Assembly (NCBI GenBank): GCA_016840405.1
Contig: JAEOSK010000005.1
Location: 39,797-103,796, forward strand
DNA: 64,000 nucleotides
Source: Candidatus Hermodarchaeum yapensis
GTDB taxonomy: Archaea > Asgardarchaeota > Hermodarchaeia > Hermodarchaeales > Hermodarchaeaceae
Direction: 5' to 3'
Shown in pieces: positions 36,696-46,502 of this stretch; within the stretch, counting starts at the first letter, position 1, and every line of letters begins with the position of its first letter. The notes under the pieces were generated by a model. The model was not told the origin of the DNA, did no database searches, and worked only from the letters and a program-made list of their open reading frames with translations. The translations under genes were made by a program, and so were the position numbers.

Positions 36696-37958
36696 ATGAA
36701 GCATTCAACCTGGCTCTGGGCATTCACACTCATAACTGTAATTCTATTCACTTATGCACTTCCTGTCAATGGAGCACCACCACCATCTCAGAACATTGCT
36801 TTGTCTCCCGATTATTGGCCAACCTATGGCTGGCGAGCCTCAACCCCAGAAGAACAAGGCATGAGTTCAGCCAAACTCCTTGAAATGGAACAACAAATCG
36901 CATTACTACCCTGGGGAAGCCATGTCAAATCAGTGCTAATTATTCGGAATGGTTACATCGTGCACGAGTCATATTACGACCCTGCGTACGGTGTTAATCA
37001 AATTGTGAACATTTACTCTTGCACCAAAAGCGTTAGTTCAGCCTTAATAGGAATCGCAATTGAAGAGGGCCATATTGGTGGCGTGAATGAAACGATGGTT
37101 GATTTATTTGAAAACCGAACGATAGCCAACCTTGATTCACGGAAGCAAGCTGTCATCTTGCAGTACTTACTAACGATGCAGTCGGGAATTGACTGGGATG
37201 AATGGCCCTATGGCCCCACCAGCAGTTTTACGTACATGGTGGATAGTCCCGATTGGGTCCAGTATGTGCTTGACCGTCCGATGCGCGATGATCCCGGAAC
37301 CGTTTGGGATTACAATTCAGGTGGATCCCACTTACTTTCTCAAATTCTCAATCAGACTGTCGGAAATTCGACACGGACCTTTGCTGAGGACCGCCTCTTT
37401 ACTCCCCTCGGAATTACAAATTATCAATGGGACGAAGATCCACAAGGCGTGGTATTTGGTGCAGCATGGCTTCACCTTCGACCCCGCGACATGGCAAAAT
37501 TTGGATTTCTGTATCTGAATAATGGAACTTGGGATGGAGATCAACTGATTCCCGCGACCTGGGTGAACGAATCCACTTCACTCTTTGGATATCCATATTC
37601 TGAATCAGAACCTTATGGATATGGTTATCAATGGTGGCTTAACCTGGAAATTAATGGCTATTTGGCAATTGGTTATAATGGACAGCAAATTAACGTTGTT
37701 CCTGAGCACAATCTTGTGGTCGTGTTTACTGCAAACTCTGAAGATGCAACCTTTGCTGCCATCATGAGGGACTATGTTGTTGCCAGTATTGAGTATGAGA
37801 CTCCAACACCAGTTCCGTTTCCCTTCACATTTGAACAAATCTTATTGATAGGTCAAGTTCTGATGGTCGTCGCATTTATCGCGCCCTTTATTGGACTAAT
37901 AATCCATGAAATGTGGATTCGTAAAAAGAGAAGGCAGGAGAAAACTTCGACTACTTAA
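36696..37958 (+). CDS. Membrane-anchored serine hydrolase, beta-lactamase/AmpC-like family
   Basis: Signal peptide, SCTK, YNS and RDMAKFG motifs; C-terminal TM helix. Confidence 0.92.
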   Translation: MKHSTWLWAFTLITVILFTYALPVNGAPPPSQNIALSPDYWPTYGWRASTPEEQGMSSAKLLEMEQQIALLPWGSHVKSVLIIRNGYIVHESYYDPAYGVNQIVNIYSCTKSVSSALIGIAIEEGHIGGVNETMVDLFENRTIANLDSRKQAVILQYLLTMQSGIDWDEWPYGPTSSFTYMVDSPDWVQYVLDRPMRDDPGTVWDYNSGGSHLLSQILNQTVGNSTRTFAEDRLFTPLGITNYQWDEDPQGVVFGAAWLHLRPRDMAKFGFLYLNNGTWDGDQLIPATWVNESTSLFGYPYSESEPYGYGYQWWLNLEINGYLAIGYNGQQINVVPEHNLVVVFTANSEDATFAAIMRDYVVASIEYETPTPVPFPFTFEQILLIGQVLMVVAFIAPFIGLIIHEMWIRKKRRQEKTSTT

Positions 37959-38646
37959 AGCAGGAACGGAGTTTCTCATAGAATTTGGGATTGTTAAGGA
38001 TAACAGAGAATGCAGCAAGATAGCCTAAGACTTTATCTTTGTAGTGCCAGTCAATGGAAGTGATTAGATCAACCATTTTTTCATCAGCACCTTCAAAAAG
38101 CGTTAGGAGCTGTTTGCTGTTTTCTTTCTCAAGTTGGTTCATAAATTTGGTAAAGCATGTGACATCAATTTTCCGGTCGCCATATACTTTACTGAGCATA
38201 GGTGCTATCTTCTTGGCGAGGTCTTTACCTTCATCACAGTCCCAATAATCGGTTTCAGTTGCCAGAGTCATGAAGATTTCTGCGCTTCGGGAAAAGAGTG
38301 TTTCAGTAGCGGTTTTTCCAATTACCACGCGTTGACCGGCAGGGACGACGGCTCCCGCCTTTTCTAACACTTTGAGGTAGCGATAAATGGTTTTATCCGA
38401 TTTCGCTTCTACTTCTTCAGAATCTTTAGCCTCTCTGGCGTAAGCTTTTTCCAGTTCACGAACAGTCATGGGACCTTTCCGTAATGCCCTAATGATGGGC
38501 AAATGATTTGGGTCCCGCATAATATCAATGATTTTTCGATCAGAAATTATTTTGATGCGTTCAGGTGTGTAGGTTATTACATCTTGAACATCCGTTTGAG
38601 TTTCAGTTTTGGGTTGTGCCAAGGTCATTACCTCAATTATTCTCAT
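37951..38646 (-). CDS. ArsR-like winged-helix transcriptional regulator
   Basis: DPNHLPIIRALRKGPMTVREL...TIYRYLKVLEKAG pattern. Confidence 0.82.
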   Translation of the reverse strand: MRIIEVMTLAQPKTETQTDVQDVITYTPERIKIISDRKIIDIMRDPNHLPIIRALRKGPMTVRELEKAYAREAKDSEEVEAKSDKTIYRYLKVLEKAGAVVPAGQRVVIGKTATETLFSRSAEIFMTLATETDYWDCDEGKDLAKKIAPMLSKVYGDRKIDVTCFTKFMNQLEKENSKQLLTLFEGADEKMVDLITSIDWHYKDKVLGYLAAFSVILNNPKFYEKLRSCFK

Positions 38647-38739
38647 ATGAAGATAGTATGTTTTTTTATTTTAATATTTTCTTCTCACTATTTGAGAATA
38701 TCATTCTTTGAGGAATTTAAACTGTTATTCCTTTTAAAT

Positions 38740-40395
38740 CTAGCCCTCAAACTGTAAAATGTCCTTTTCACTCAATCCATAGAGGTTTGCCACGATTTGA
38801 TCGATTTCCCAGTCCAACCCTTTTTTCAAGTATTTCGGATTTTGGACGATATACGCGACCAGTTCGGCGAGTTCGTCTTCTTGATGTTTAGTTGGTGTGG
38901 GAAGAGGGATTTGTTCGAGGTACGTGGCATTGTACCGGATGTAACTGCTACGAAGGTGAGTGGCGAAGAAAAGGAGAGTGAAATAGGTATTAATGAGTCG
39001 TGAGTTAAGGAGCCCTAGGAGAAACAAAGGGTTGTATGGGGCACGTTTTTGCGTGATGTAATACACGCGACCCAAGGCATGCCCTTCCGAATCTAGTGAA
39101 GCACGAATTTGTTTAGCCATGCCTGCAATGACCAGTTTGGGTTCCTTGAAGTCGTTCCATTGGTCAGTGGACACAAGTTTCGGATCATAGGTGACGTATT
39201 TTCGTTGGCGGAGATGGTATCGGCGAACGTCACCAGCATTCAGGAAAGGGAGTGTTTTTCGTTTCTTAGTTTTCGATAATTTGCTATATGCGTCTTTAGA
39301 GAGGAGGTGTTTGGTGAAACCAGTTTTGGCGATACCACAGCGGATGGAACATGCTTGACCGAGAGGTATTGTGTTATGAAGCATCTTTCTTAGAATCACA
39401 TATTTTTCTTCGGAAAGGAAAGGTGACAGGATGGTCTTAGGGAGATTGGCGTAGTAGTGTTGGGGGAGGAGGGTTACGTCAGTTGAAGAAGTGCCTAGTT
39501 CCTGAGGTTGAGTGGGCGATGGAATAAGCTGAACATTGTGTTGTTGGAGGTCCTGGGGTCCGCGAGGTTTGCGGATAATGAGGATGTGAGGGTATGTAGC
39601 AGCGTTTTCGAAGATATTGAGGTTAGAAAGATCGACCATTTGCTCAATAACATAGTTTTTGACTAGGGTTTGCCTGAGTCGGATTCCGTAATCGGCGGCA
39701 AGTACTTTATTGCTAATGATATAGCCCAATCGACCACCGGGTCGTAATAGGTTGAGTCCCAGTTCGATGAAGGGCACGAGAATGTCAAATTGTTGTTCGA
39801 CGGTTCGGTACCGGTGCCGTAGATAGGTTTTGAGACGAGTATCTAAGGCTTTGATGCCAATGAAAGGCGGATTGCCCACGATGACATCGAACCCCCCATC
39901 GCGCATGACCCACGGGTAAACCCGGTGCCAGTCAACCGGGTGAATCTTCGCAAGTTTCGAACCGTAAACCGTTTTGGCTTGTGAATCGGGTTGAATAAGG
40001 CTATTTCCGAGAAGCACTCGTTGTGAGAAATCAGCTGCTACATCAAGAAGTTGTTTTGATGTTTTTCTTAATCGTCTGTGACACTTTTTGAGGGCCTTCG
40101 GATCGACATCAATCCCATGGATGCTATCAACAATACTCCTGAGGAGTAATTCTCTGGGAACTGTATCCACAGTGTGGGTTTGGTATTCAAGGAACCGTAG
40201 TGCTCCAATCAGGAAGGCTCCATCTCCACAGGCAGGGTCGAGGATGGTGAACTCTCCCAGTAACCGAGTGGAATCCTCGGCTATGACAGGACCTAGCGTG
40301 TTTTCAATAATGTAATCAACAACCCAGTCAGGAGTGAAGTATTGCCCCAACTGTTTACGAGTGGTCTTACTCCTCCCTCGACCTTTACTCACCAT
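38740..40395 (-). CDS. N6-adenine DNA methyltransferase, gamma class (Eco57I/TaqI-like)
   Basis: GQYFTP, ILDPACGDGAFL, FDVIVGNPPF and C-terminal TaqI-like TRD (LGLLNS). Confidence 0.92.
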   Translation of the reverse strand: MVSKGRGRSKTTRKQLGQYFTPDWVVDYIIENTLGPVIAEDSTRLLGEFTILDPACGDGAFLIGALRFLEYQTHTVDTVPRELLLRSIVDSIHGIDVDPKALKKCHRRLRKTSKQLLDVAADFSQRVLLGNSLIQPDSQAKTVYGSKLAKIHPVDWHRVYPWVMRDGGFDVIVGNPPFIGIKALDTRLKTYLRHRYRTVEQQFDILVPFIELGLNLLRPGGRLGYIISNKVLAADYGIRLRQTLVKNYVIEQMVDLSNLNIFENAATYPHILIIRKPRGPQDLQQHNVQLIPSPTQPQELGTSSTDVTLLPQHYYANLPKTILSPFLSEEKYVILRKMLHNTIPLGQACSIRCGIAKTGFTKHLLSKDAYSKLSKTKKRKTLPFLNAGDVRRYHLRQRKYVTYDPKLVSTDQWNDFKEPKLVIAGMAKQIRASLDSEGHALGRVYYITQKRAPYNPLFLLGLLNSRLINTYFTLLFFATHLRSSYIRYNATYLEQIPLPTPTKHQEDELAELVAYIVQNPKYLKKGLDWEIDQIVANLYGLSEKDILQFEG

Positions 40396-40528
40396 TACCT
40401 AAGTTTACCTCCCAAGGAATCAACATCTTTACACGGTGCCCTCTTGAACCTTGTAAATGTTGAGAATCATTTAAACTTTAATTCTTCTGCGAGATGTTTA
40501 ACTTCTTGGAAAAGTCACTGCGAATTAT

Positions 40529-42028
40529 TCATCTGCGTCGTTCTCTAACACCCGATTTGGATTTCTTTGAACTCACTTTCCTTGCATTTGCAATGATGTT
40601 GGCTGCTTTCTCTCGTGATATGGTGAGAACTTCAGCGATGTCATCAGTTTTTGCTCGAGCCACAAGAGTAGGAGTTTCATACCCCGCATCTCGGAGTTCT
40701 TTGGCTTGGTTTCGGGTTAAGCCACGAATTTGTGTGAGTTGGGAAATTTCGGACTCAATTTGGGCTTCAATACTTTTCAGGGATGTGTCAACTTCTAAGT
40801 CTCGAATAGCTCGACTGACTTGACGGCTATCAACACGTACATCGATTTCCTCTACGAGTCGCTCATTCTCTAAAGGTTCAACAGCGTTCGTGAGTGGAAA
40901 TACGCCAACCAATACTAATAAGGCAGAAACGGGGAACAATAAGGCTGAGGGGATTGGATCAACGGGTGGAACTAGCTGAGTCCAAACATCTGAGACAGGT
41001 GAAAGATCTGCAAGGGTAATCAGCATGATTGTCAGTCCAAGGAAACCAACCAAAGCCCAACCAAGAGTAGATCGTCGGCCTTTAAAACGAACAGCTCCAA
41101 TTTCAGCCCAGACTAACCAGACACCAACTCCGATAATGAACCCCATGACAAATCCTTGTAACACTGAAAGCACGAGTGCAACACCGAATCCAATTTGAAC
41201 ATCCAATTGTGCACCTCCAAATACGCAAACCACACCAAGTAATACTGTAGCAATACTGAATACACGTTTCCGTCCTAACTTATCAGGAAGGAACGTGAAA
41301 ACAAATAGCGCTCCACCAACTCCTAATAACAATAATTCACCAGTATAATAGCGAGGATCAAAGAAGAAGAAATTGATAAACAACAGTCGAAGTTCATTCG
41401 GTGTCGCCCAGACGAATATACCATATGCAGCCAGATAGATGACCCACCAGATAGTATAAGGTAGGATTGATCCGGGAACCATATAGGTTTGGAGCTCAAT
41501 TTTTCTTGGTAAGATAAGGAACCCAATAATCAACCCAAAAAATATCAAGGCAGCAGTGATTGAAGGAGCAAATGTTGTAGGAAAGATACGCCAAACAGTT
41601 GATAGAATTCCCCCCACTACAAGAATAACTACTGTAACAATTCCGACAACACGACCCCGTCGAAGACTTGATACAAGTTTATTCATAAAAATCGTCAATA
41701 GGACTAATCCTGCTCCGAAGAGGAAACTCAGAAGAAAGAGGGCCCCGATTCCGGCGGGTGAAAACCAGAAACCAGGGGAAAAAGCAAATTGGAAGACTCC
41801 AACCAGAAGAAGGAGTATTTCAATTATAACAAGAAAATGTGTACTCCATCTGAATCGATCAACGAGTATCCCAGCAACTAAAAGCCCCAGAATTAATCCT
41901 ACAGAGCTAGCTAGGATAAAGGAGAGGCTGGAGAGGATAATTGGTCGAAGGTAAAAGAAATAGGCTACCAACCAAGCGAAGGGTAGGGACAATACTGCAT
42001 TAATAGCCCAAGTGTATTCGACTTTCAT
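40529..42028 (-). CDS. MFS-like multi-TM protein with C-terminal helix-hairpin-helix domain
   Basis: About 12 TM helices with GILVDRF and PDKLGRK motifs; then LTQIRGL...LRDAGYET..ISREKAANII. ATG at 42028 preferred. Confidence 0.75.
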   Translation of the reverse strand: MKVEYTWAINAVLSLPFAWLVAYFFYLRPIILSSLSFILASSVGLILGLLVAGILVDRFRWSTHFLVIIEILLLLVGVFQFAFSPGFWFSPAGIGALFLLSFLFGAGLVLLTIFMNKLVSSLRRGRVVGIVTVVILVVGGILSTVWRIFPTTFAPSITAALIFFGLIIGFLILPRKIELQTYMVPGSILPYTIWWVIYLAAYGIFVWATPNELRLLFINFFFFDPRYYTGELLLLGVGGALFVFTFLPDKLGRKRVFSIATVLLGVVCVFGGAQLDVQIGFGVALVLSVLQGFVMGFIIGVGVWLVWAEIGAVRFKGRRSTLGWALVGFLGLTIMLITLADLSPVSDVWTQLVPPVDPIPSALLFPVSALLVLVGVFPLTNAVEPLENERLVEEIDVRVDSRQVSRAIRDLEVDTSLKSIEAQIESEISQLTQIRGLTRNQAKELRDAGYETPTLVARAKTDDIAEVLTISREKAANIIANARKVSSKKSKSGVRERRR

Positions 42029-42182
42029 CAATGGAGACTTCCAGTTCCTTTTGACAATGTGTTGTAATTCAACATTACTAAGAGGGATTATAAGCGTTTC
42101 ATCAAGAATTTGGTTAAAAATTTCGTAACGCAAAGGTTAATCTATACGCGATTTTAGTACAAGTCACCTTCGGTGACATCCT

Positions 42183-43451
42183 TTGCCTGTTAAAGAAATA
42201 ATCGTCCTTCGCAAAGGGGGAATGCCCCTGTTCAATTTCGCACCCAGTGGAGCACCAAAACTCGATGCACTCGTTGCTGGATTCTTATCAGCTCAAGCCG
42301 GATTCGCCGAAGAAATTGGTGAACGAGAAATCCAAGTTGTCACCTTTGCAGAGAATAAATTCGTGTATGAGAGTCGAGCAGACCTCCTCTTCATAATCGT
42401 TATTGGACAAGAAGATGATGAACACATCTACCGGGTGATCATTAAGGAAGTCGCCCAAGCTTTTGAAAGTCAATACAGTGAAGTGCTAAAACAATCTGTC
42501 GTTTCCTCACATCTTTTTAGAGGATTCCGAGAATACGTTATGGAAATACTCGGAAAATATGATCGAATTCCAGAAATCCAACAACGATACCCCACCGCAA
42601 TCCTACCTCCTGAGATTCTAGAACAAATCGAAGAGATCTTGAGCCTCATTGAGGGTCAGCCTGGAATAATACGAACTGCCCTTATCACGAGCGATGGGTA
42701 TGTCATCACCTCAAAATTACAACAACATGAACTAGGAGTCGCTGGGAAACAACTCACACCGTCCGAAGAGATGGAATTACCAGGTTACTTTACCGTGACC
42801 CAGACAACATTTGATGAAGGAACGAAGTTATACATTCATCAAGTATCTCCTGGGCTGATGCTTCTGGCGATTATTCGTGAAGATTTGCATGAAAGTCGAT
42901 GTGCGGAGATAATCTCCCCCCTTGTTTATGGATTACGAAATGTCGACTACTCGAGTATGGTAAAAATTGACCCTAAAACCAAGCTAACCGAGGTCTTCTC
43001 TGATTTGGCAGTTTTTACCACAAACCCAATGATGGAAAGTACGCTTTATGCTGAACAGACAAAACCAGCACGAGAGTTTGCACTTTTATTTGGAAATGCG
43101 GGTATTGATGTTATTCGAGGGATTGATGGGGTTTCGAGTGTCGAAGAGATACGAGTTCGCACCGGTGTGCATGGGCGACAACTTTCAGAAATTTTAAGCT
43201 ATCTGGCTGAGAAAGGATATATTCGTCGTACCATATTTTATCCGAAACTGGCGGCAAGTGATACGCGATTCCTTGCCTACCTTGAAACAGTTGGGCTTCC
43301 CCGAGATGAATACCAAATTCTTGACCAAGCTAAGGGATTCTGCGATGGAAATAACAGCGTTGCAGACATTGCCCAGCGAATTGGAGCTGACGAAGAGAAG
43401 CTAATTACTATACTGAGAAAACTTGGGGACAACGTGGAATGGCTCACTTAA
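42183..43451 (+). CDS. Longin + roadblock-like + tandem winged-helix protein (NPRL2-like architecture)
   Basis: Longin N-terminus, ALITSDG roadblock strand, IDGVSSVEEI and CDGNNSVADI winged-helix repeats. Confidence 0.72.
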   Translation: MPVKEIIVLRKGGMPLFNFAPSGAPKLDALVAGFLSAQAGFAEEIGEREIQVVTFAENKFVYESRADLLFIIVIGQEDDEHIYRVIIKEVAQAFESQYSEVLKQSVVSSHLFRGFREYVMEILGKYDRIPEIQQRYPTAILPPEILEQIEEILSLIEGQPGIIRTALITSDGYVITSKLQQHELGVAGKQLTPSEEMELPGYFTVTQTTFDEGTKLYIHQVSPGLMLLAIIREDLHESRCAEIISPLVYGLRNVDYSSMVKIDPKTKLTEVFSDLAVFTTNPMMESTLYAEQTKPAREFALLFGNAGIDVIRGIDGVSSVEEIRVRTGVHGRQLSEILSYLAEKGYIRRTIFYPKLAASDTRFLAYLETVGLPRDEYQILDQAKGFCDGNNSVADIAQRIGADEEKLITILRKLGDNVEWLT

Positions 43452-43547
43452 ACCAATGCCTTTAAAGCACACAATTCGAACAGTCGATGAGGCTATAGTA
43501 ATAACTCTTGTTGATGTGATTCCAGCGAGATATAGGTGCACGAATCG

Positions 43548-44333
43548 ATGGGCAAAATCATTACGATTCACAGTTTCCGAGGCGGGACTGGAAAAAGTAA
43601 CCTAACCGCGAATCTGGCAGTCTGGGCTGCAATGAAAGGTCGGAACGTCGGAGTCATTGACACAGACATTCAAAGCCCTGGGCTTCATGTACTCTTCGGG
43701 CTTGCGGGTCATCGCTTCCGCTACACTCTCAACGATTACCTTCGCAAGAAATGCACCATCGAAAAAGCCTCCATTGACCACACAAAGGCCATGAAAATCC
43801 GATCCGGTAGTATCCATATTATTCCAGCTAGCCTTAACGCCGATGATATTTCCACAATCATTCGGGAAGGTTATGAAGTAGCTGATTTACGTGCCGGGTT
43901 TAAACGCATCATGCAGGCAAAGAAGCTTGATTATCTCTTCATTGACACGCACCCCGGTTTAGATCAAGAAACATTATTGTCGATGGCCACGACTGACCTC
44001 CTCTTTGTAATCATGCGATTAGACCAACAAGACTTCCTTGGTTCAGCAATAACATTAGCTTTAGCCAAGAAACTCGGCGTGCCCTCTACCTACATAGTGT
44101 GCAACAAATGTCCTGGCATTTATGATTTCGATAAAGTAAGACGCGATATAGAACGCGAATACAGCGTGAAAGTTGCTTCAGTCATTCCCTTGTTTACCCG
44201 ACTTATTGAGCTGGGCAGCCGTCAAATCCTTGTACAAACAAGTCCTAATCATTTATTCGCACAAAATATTGACCAACTTTTCAAAAAATGCGAGACGCTC
44301 CTTGAGAACAAGGGGAATAAGCGAAAACCGTAA
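43548..44333 (+). CDS. MinD/ParA-family ATPase
   Basis: HSFRGGTGKS deviant Walker A, IDTDIQSPG and IDTHPG motifs. Confidence 0.9.
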   Translation: MGKIITIHSFRGGTGKSNLTANLAVWAAMKGRNVGVIDTDIQSPGLHVLFGLAGHRFRYTLNDYLRKKCTIEKASIDHTKAMKIRSGSIHIIPASLNADDISTIIREGYEVADLRAGFKRIMQAKKLDYLFIDTHPGLDQETLLSMATTDLLFVIMRLDQQDFLGSAITLALAKKLGVPSTYIVCNKCPGIYDFDKVRRDIEREYSVKVASVIPLFTRLIELGSRQILVQTSPNHLFAQNIDQLFKKCETLLENKGNKRKP

Positions 44334-44339
44334 GAAATT

Positions 44340-44392
44340 TTTTTTTAAAAAAAAGAGGGATGACTTGGACACCTCATTGGCGTCCAAGGTGT
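44340..44392. terminator. Bidirectional terminator region
   Basis: T run and A run plus CTTGGAC...GTCCAAG hairpin between convergent genes. Confidence 0.45.
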
Positions 44393-44394
44393 TG

Positions 44395-46338
44395 CTAGGC
44401 AGGTTTTCGTTTTCGACGATAGTACACACCAAGTCCAACTGCCATAATCGCCCCTAATGCAATGGCTTCAAATGGAAAGCCTGGAATCCCGGGTGGAGCG
44501 CCAGCAATTGTCACAATGATTTGATCTGATCCTCGTAATCCGGCGGTATCATAGACGGTGACATTGACAGGAAAACTCCCAGGAATATTATGAGTGATAG
44601 TTGTATTCATTGTCGGTGCATTAATTGTCGTGAAGAGCGTGCCATTGACGTATACATCAGTACGTGAATAGCCAGATCCAGTTTCAGTCACTGACCAACT
44701 AAGTAAAAATTGCGTTGGGACGAGAGTACCAGGAATTGGTGAACTTATCGTGACCGAGGGGTTTGTATCGTCGACGCTGACTTGATAATGTGCAGCAGTG
44801 GTTGCTACGTTATTCGCATTATCAACTGGAACGACATGCAGATACCAGGTTCCGTCTGCAAGAGCAGTGGTTGGTTGGGTTCCATTGGTTGCTGTGAAGG
44901 TTCCAGTAGAAGCAGTTGGAACTGTTGATGGATTCTGATCGATGATATAGTAGTATCCGGAAATCCCGTTAACATCAACTGGAATGGTCCAGTTGAATTG
45001 GGGTTGCCCGTTAGTATACCAGGCGGCTTGATCAGGATGCGTGGATGAGCTGATGGTGGTTGGAAGCACTGTGCAATCGTAGATAGTGGTCAGAAACGGA
45101 TCGCCAATAATGTTCATGCCATAGTACCATTCAAGGAAGAGTGTTGATGCGGTACTTCCTGAATTCAAGGAGTTTTGGAACCACTGAAGAAGACTTTCAC
45201 CAAGAGTATCATTGAGTCCAAGAGGTTGATAGAATTCATCACAATCCATCATTCCCCCAGTCTTTGTACTACCGATTACTGCGAGGCTATGAGAACCAGT
45301 AAAAGCATAAGTGGTGCCTAAGCAGCCAGGTACGGTCCATTGACTTCCATGACAGGCAAAGAGATTGTAGAAATTAAATGCAGCGGGAGCAAGACGGATC
45401 TGATTTGAAGTCACTGATCCTTCAGCACCGCCTCCACCAGGACCAAAAACGTGTGAGGTAGCAAAGCTGTGAACACAGATGTGCCCCCATTGATAATTTT
45501 GTAGTACTCGGTTTGTGATCCAGTCGGTTGCATTAGTCCAGGTGACAGGAATATCAACGAAGGTTCGTGTTGAGTAAGCATTACCAAGATCATTATTCCA
45601 AACACTTGCCCAATATCCTGACCAGTCATCGTCAACGTACATCAAAGCACGATTCTGCCTTTGTAGTCCTCCGGTTCGATATGTATGAGCCCGAGCAAGA
45701 TAGGTGTTAATGTAATTCGCTGGCGTACCCCAGGCATTGATGCTCAAAGGGTCAATGCGTCCAATGAAAATCTCAGGTAGAATGTCCGCCCCACCAGAGG
45801 CGTTATGTACATCATACACACCAGCGGCGTGACCGGGCATACCCGTATCATACCAATTGCCGTCCAAATCCATGAGGAAAAGATCACAGATGAACGTTTC
45901 CGCTGCAAAACCTGATGCAGCAGGATGGTAGAATTGAGCAAACGGGAGTCGCCCAATGATAACTGCACCAACAAAATTAGGATATGTCGTATACCATTGA
46001 TTGAGAAGCGACCTGAATATTGTATGGTTGCCAATAAACGATGTATAAAAAATCGTATTGTATCCAGAATTATTCAGATCTGTGCGATACTGGGTCACGG
46101 CTGCAGAAATACTAGGATAAAGGGCATTCTCGACGACAACTGCGACCGTTTCAGTTGGTGGTGGTCGTGGTGTTAATGGATTGAAAATCGGAGTAACTCG
46201 TGAACGTTGTAGCGAAACTGGGTTTTGACTAGAAACCGTCATTCCAGTTTGGGCAGGAAAAAGTGGCATACCGGTTAATATCAGTAGAGTGAATGAGCAA
46301 AACAGTAGGAGTGAGATTGAAGAACGAATTTTTCTCAC
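44395..46338 (-). CDS. Gingipain-like (peptidase C25) surface protein with Ig-like domains and PGF-type C-terminal anchor
   Basis: AVIIG, PEIFIGRI, His (VHS) and Cys (FAC) dyad, IGDP; GIPGFP + TM + RRKRK tail. Confidence 0.78.
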   Translation of the reverse strand: MRKIRSSISLLLFCSFTLLILTGMPLFPAQTGMTVSSQNPVSLQRSRVTPIFNPLTPRPPPTETVAVVVENALYPSISAAVTQYRTDLNNSGYNTIFYTSFIGNHTIFRSLLNQWYTTYPNFVGAVIIGRLPFAQFYHPAASGFAAETFICDLFLMDLDGNWYDTGMPGHAAGVYDVHNASGGADILPEIFIGRIDPLSINAWGTPANYINTYLARAHTYRTGGLQRQNRALMYVDDDWSGYWASVWNNDLGNAYSTRTFVDIPVTWTNATDWITNRVLQNYQWGHICVHSFATSHVFGPGGGGAEGSVTSNQIRLAPAAFNFYNLFACHGSQWTVPGCLGTTYAFTGSHSLAVIGSTKTGGMMDCDEFYQPLGLNDTLGESLLQWFQNSLNSGSTASTLFLEWYYGMNIIGDPFLTTIYDCTVLPTTISSSTHPDQAAWYTNGQPQFNWTIPVDVNGISGYYYIIDQNPSTVPTASTGTFTATNGTQPTTALADGTWYLHVVPVDNANNVATTAAHYQVSVDDTNPSVTISSPIPGTLVPTQFLLSWSVTETGSGYSRTDVYVNGTLFTTINAPTMNTTITHNIPGSFPVNVTVYDTAGLRGSDQIIVTIAGAPPGIPGFPFEAIALGAIMAVGLGVYYRRKRKPA

Positions 46339-46502
46339 CTTTCTCCGTTAATCCACCATGGCCATTGTTCGTCTGTGATTATTTCAGATGTATTTCACTA
46401 GGTTAGCCAGGTGGATTGGTTAGGATTCCTTGTTTGAGCTTCACTTAAGTAATTTTGCTTTAATGTGATGCGTTTTGTTTAAACTACTAATTATCCGAAA
46501 AA

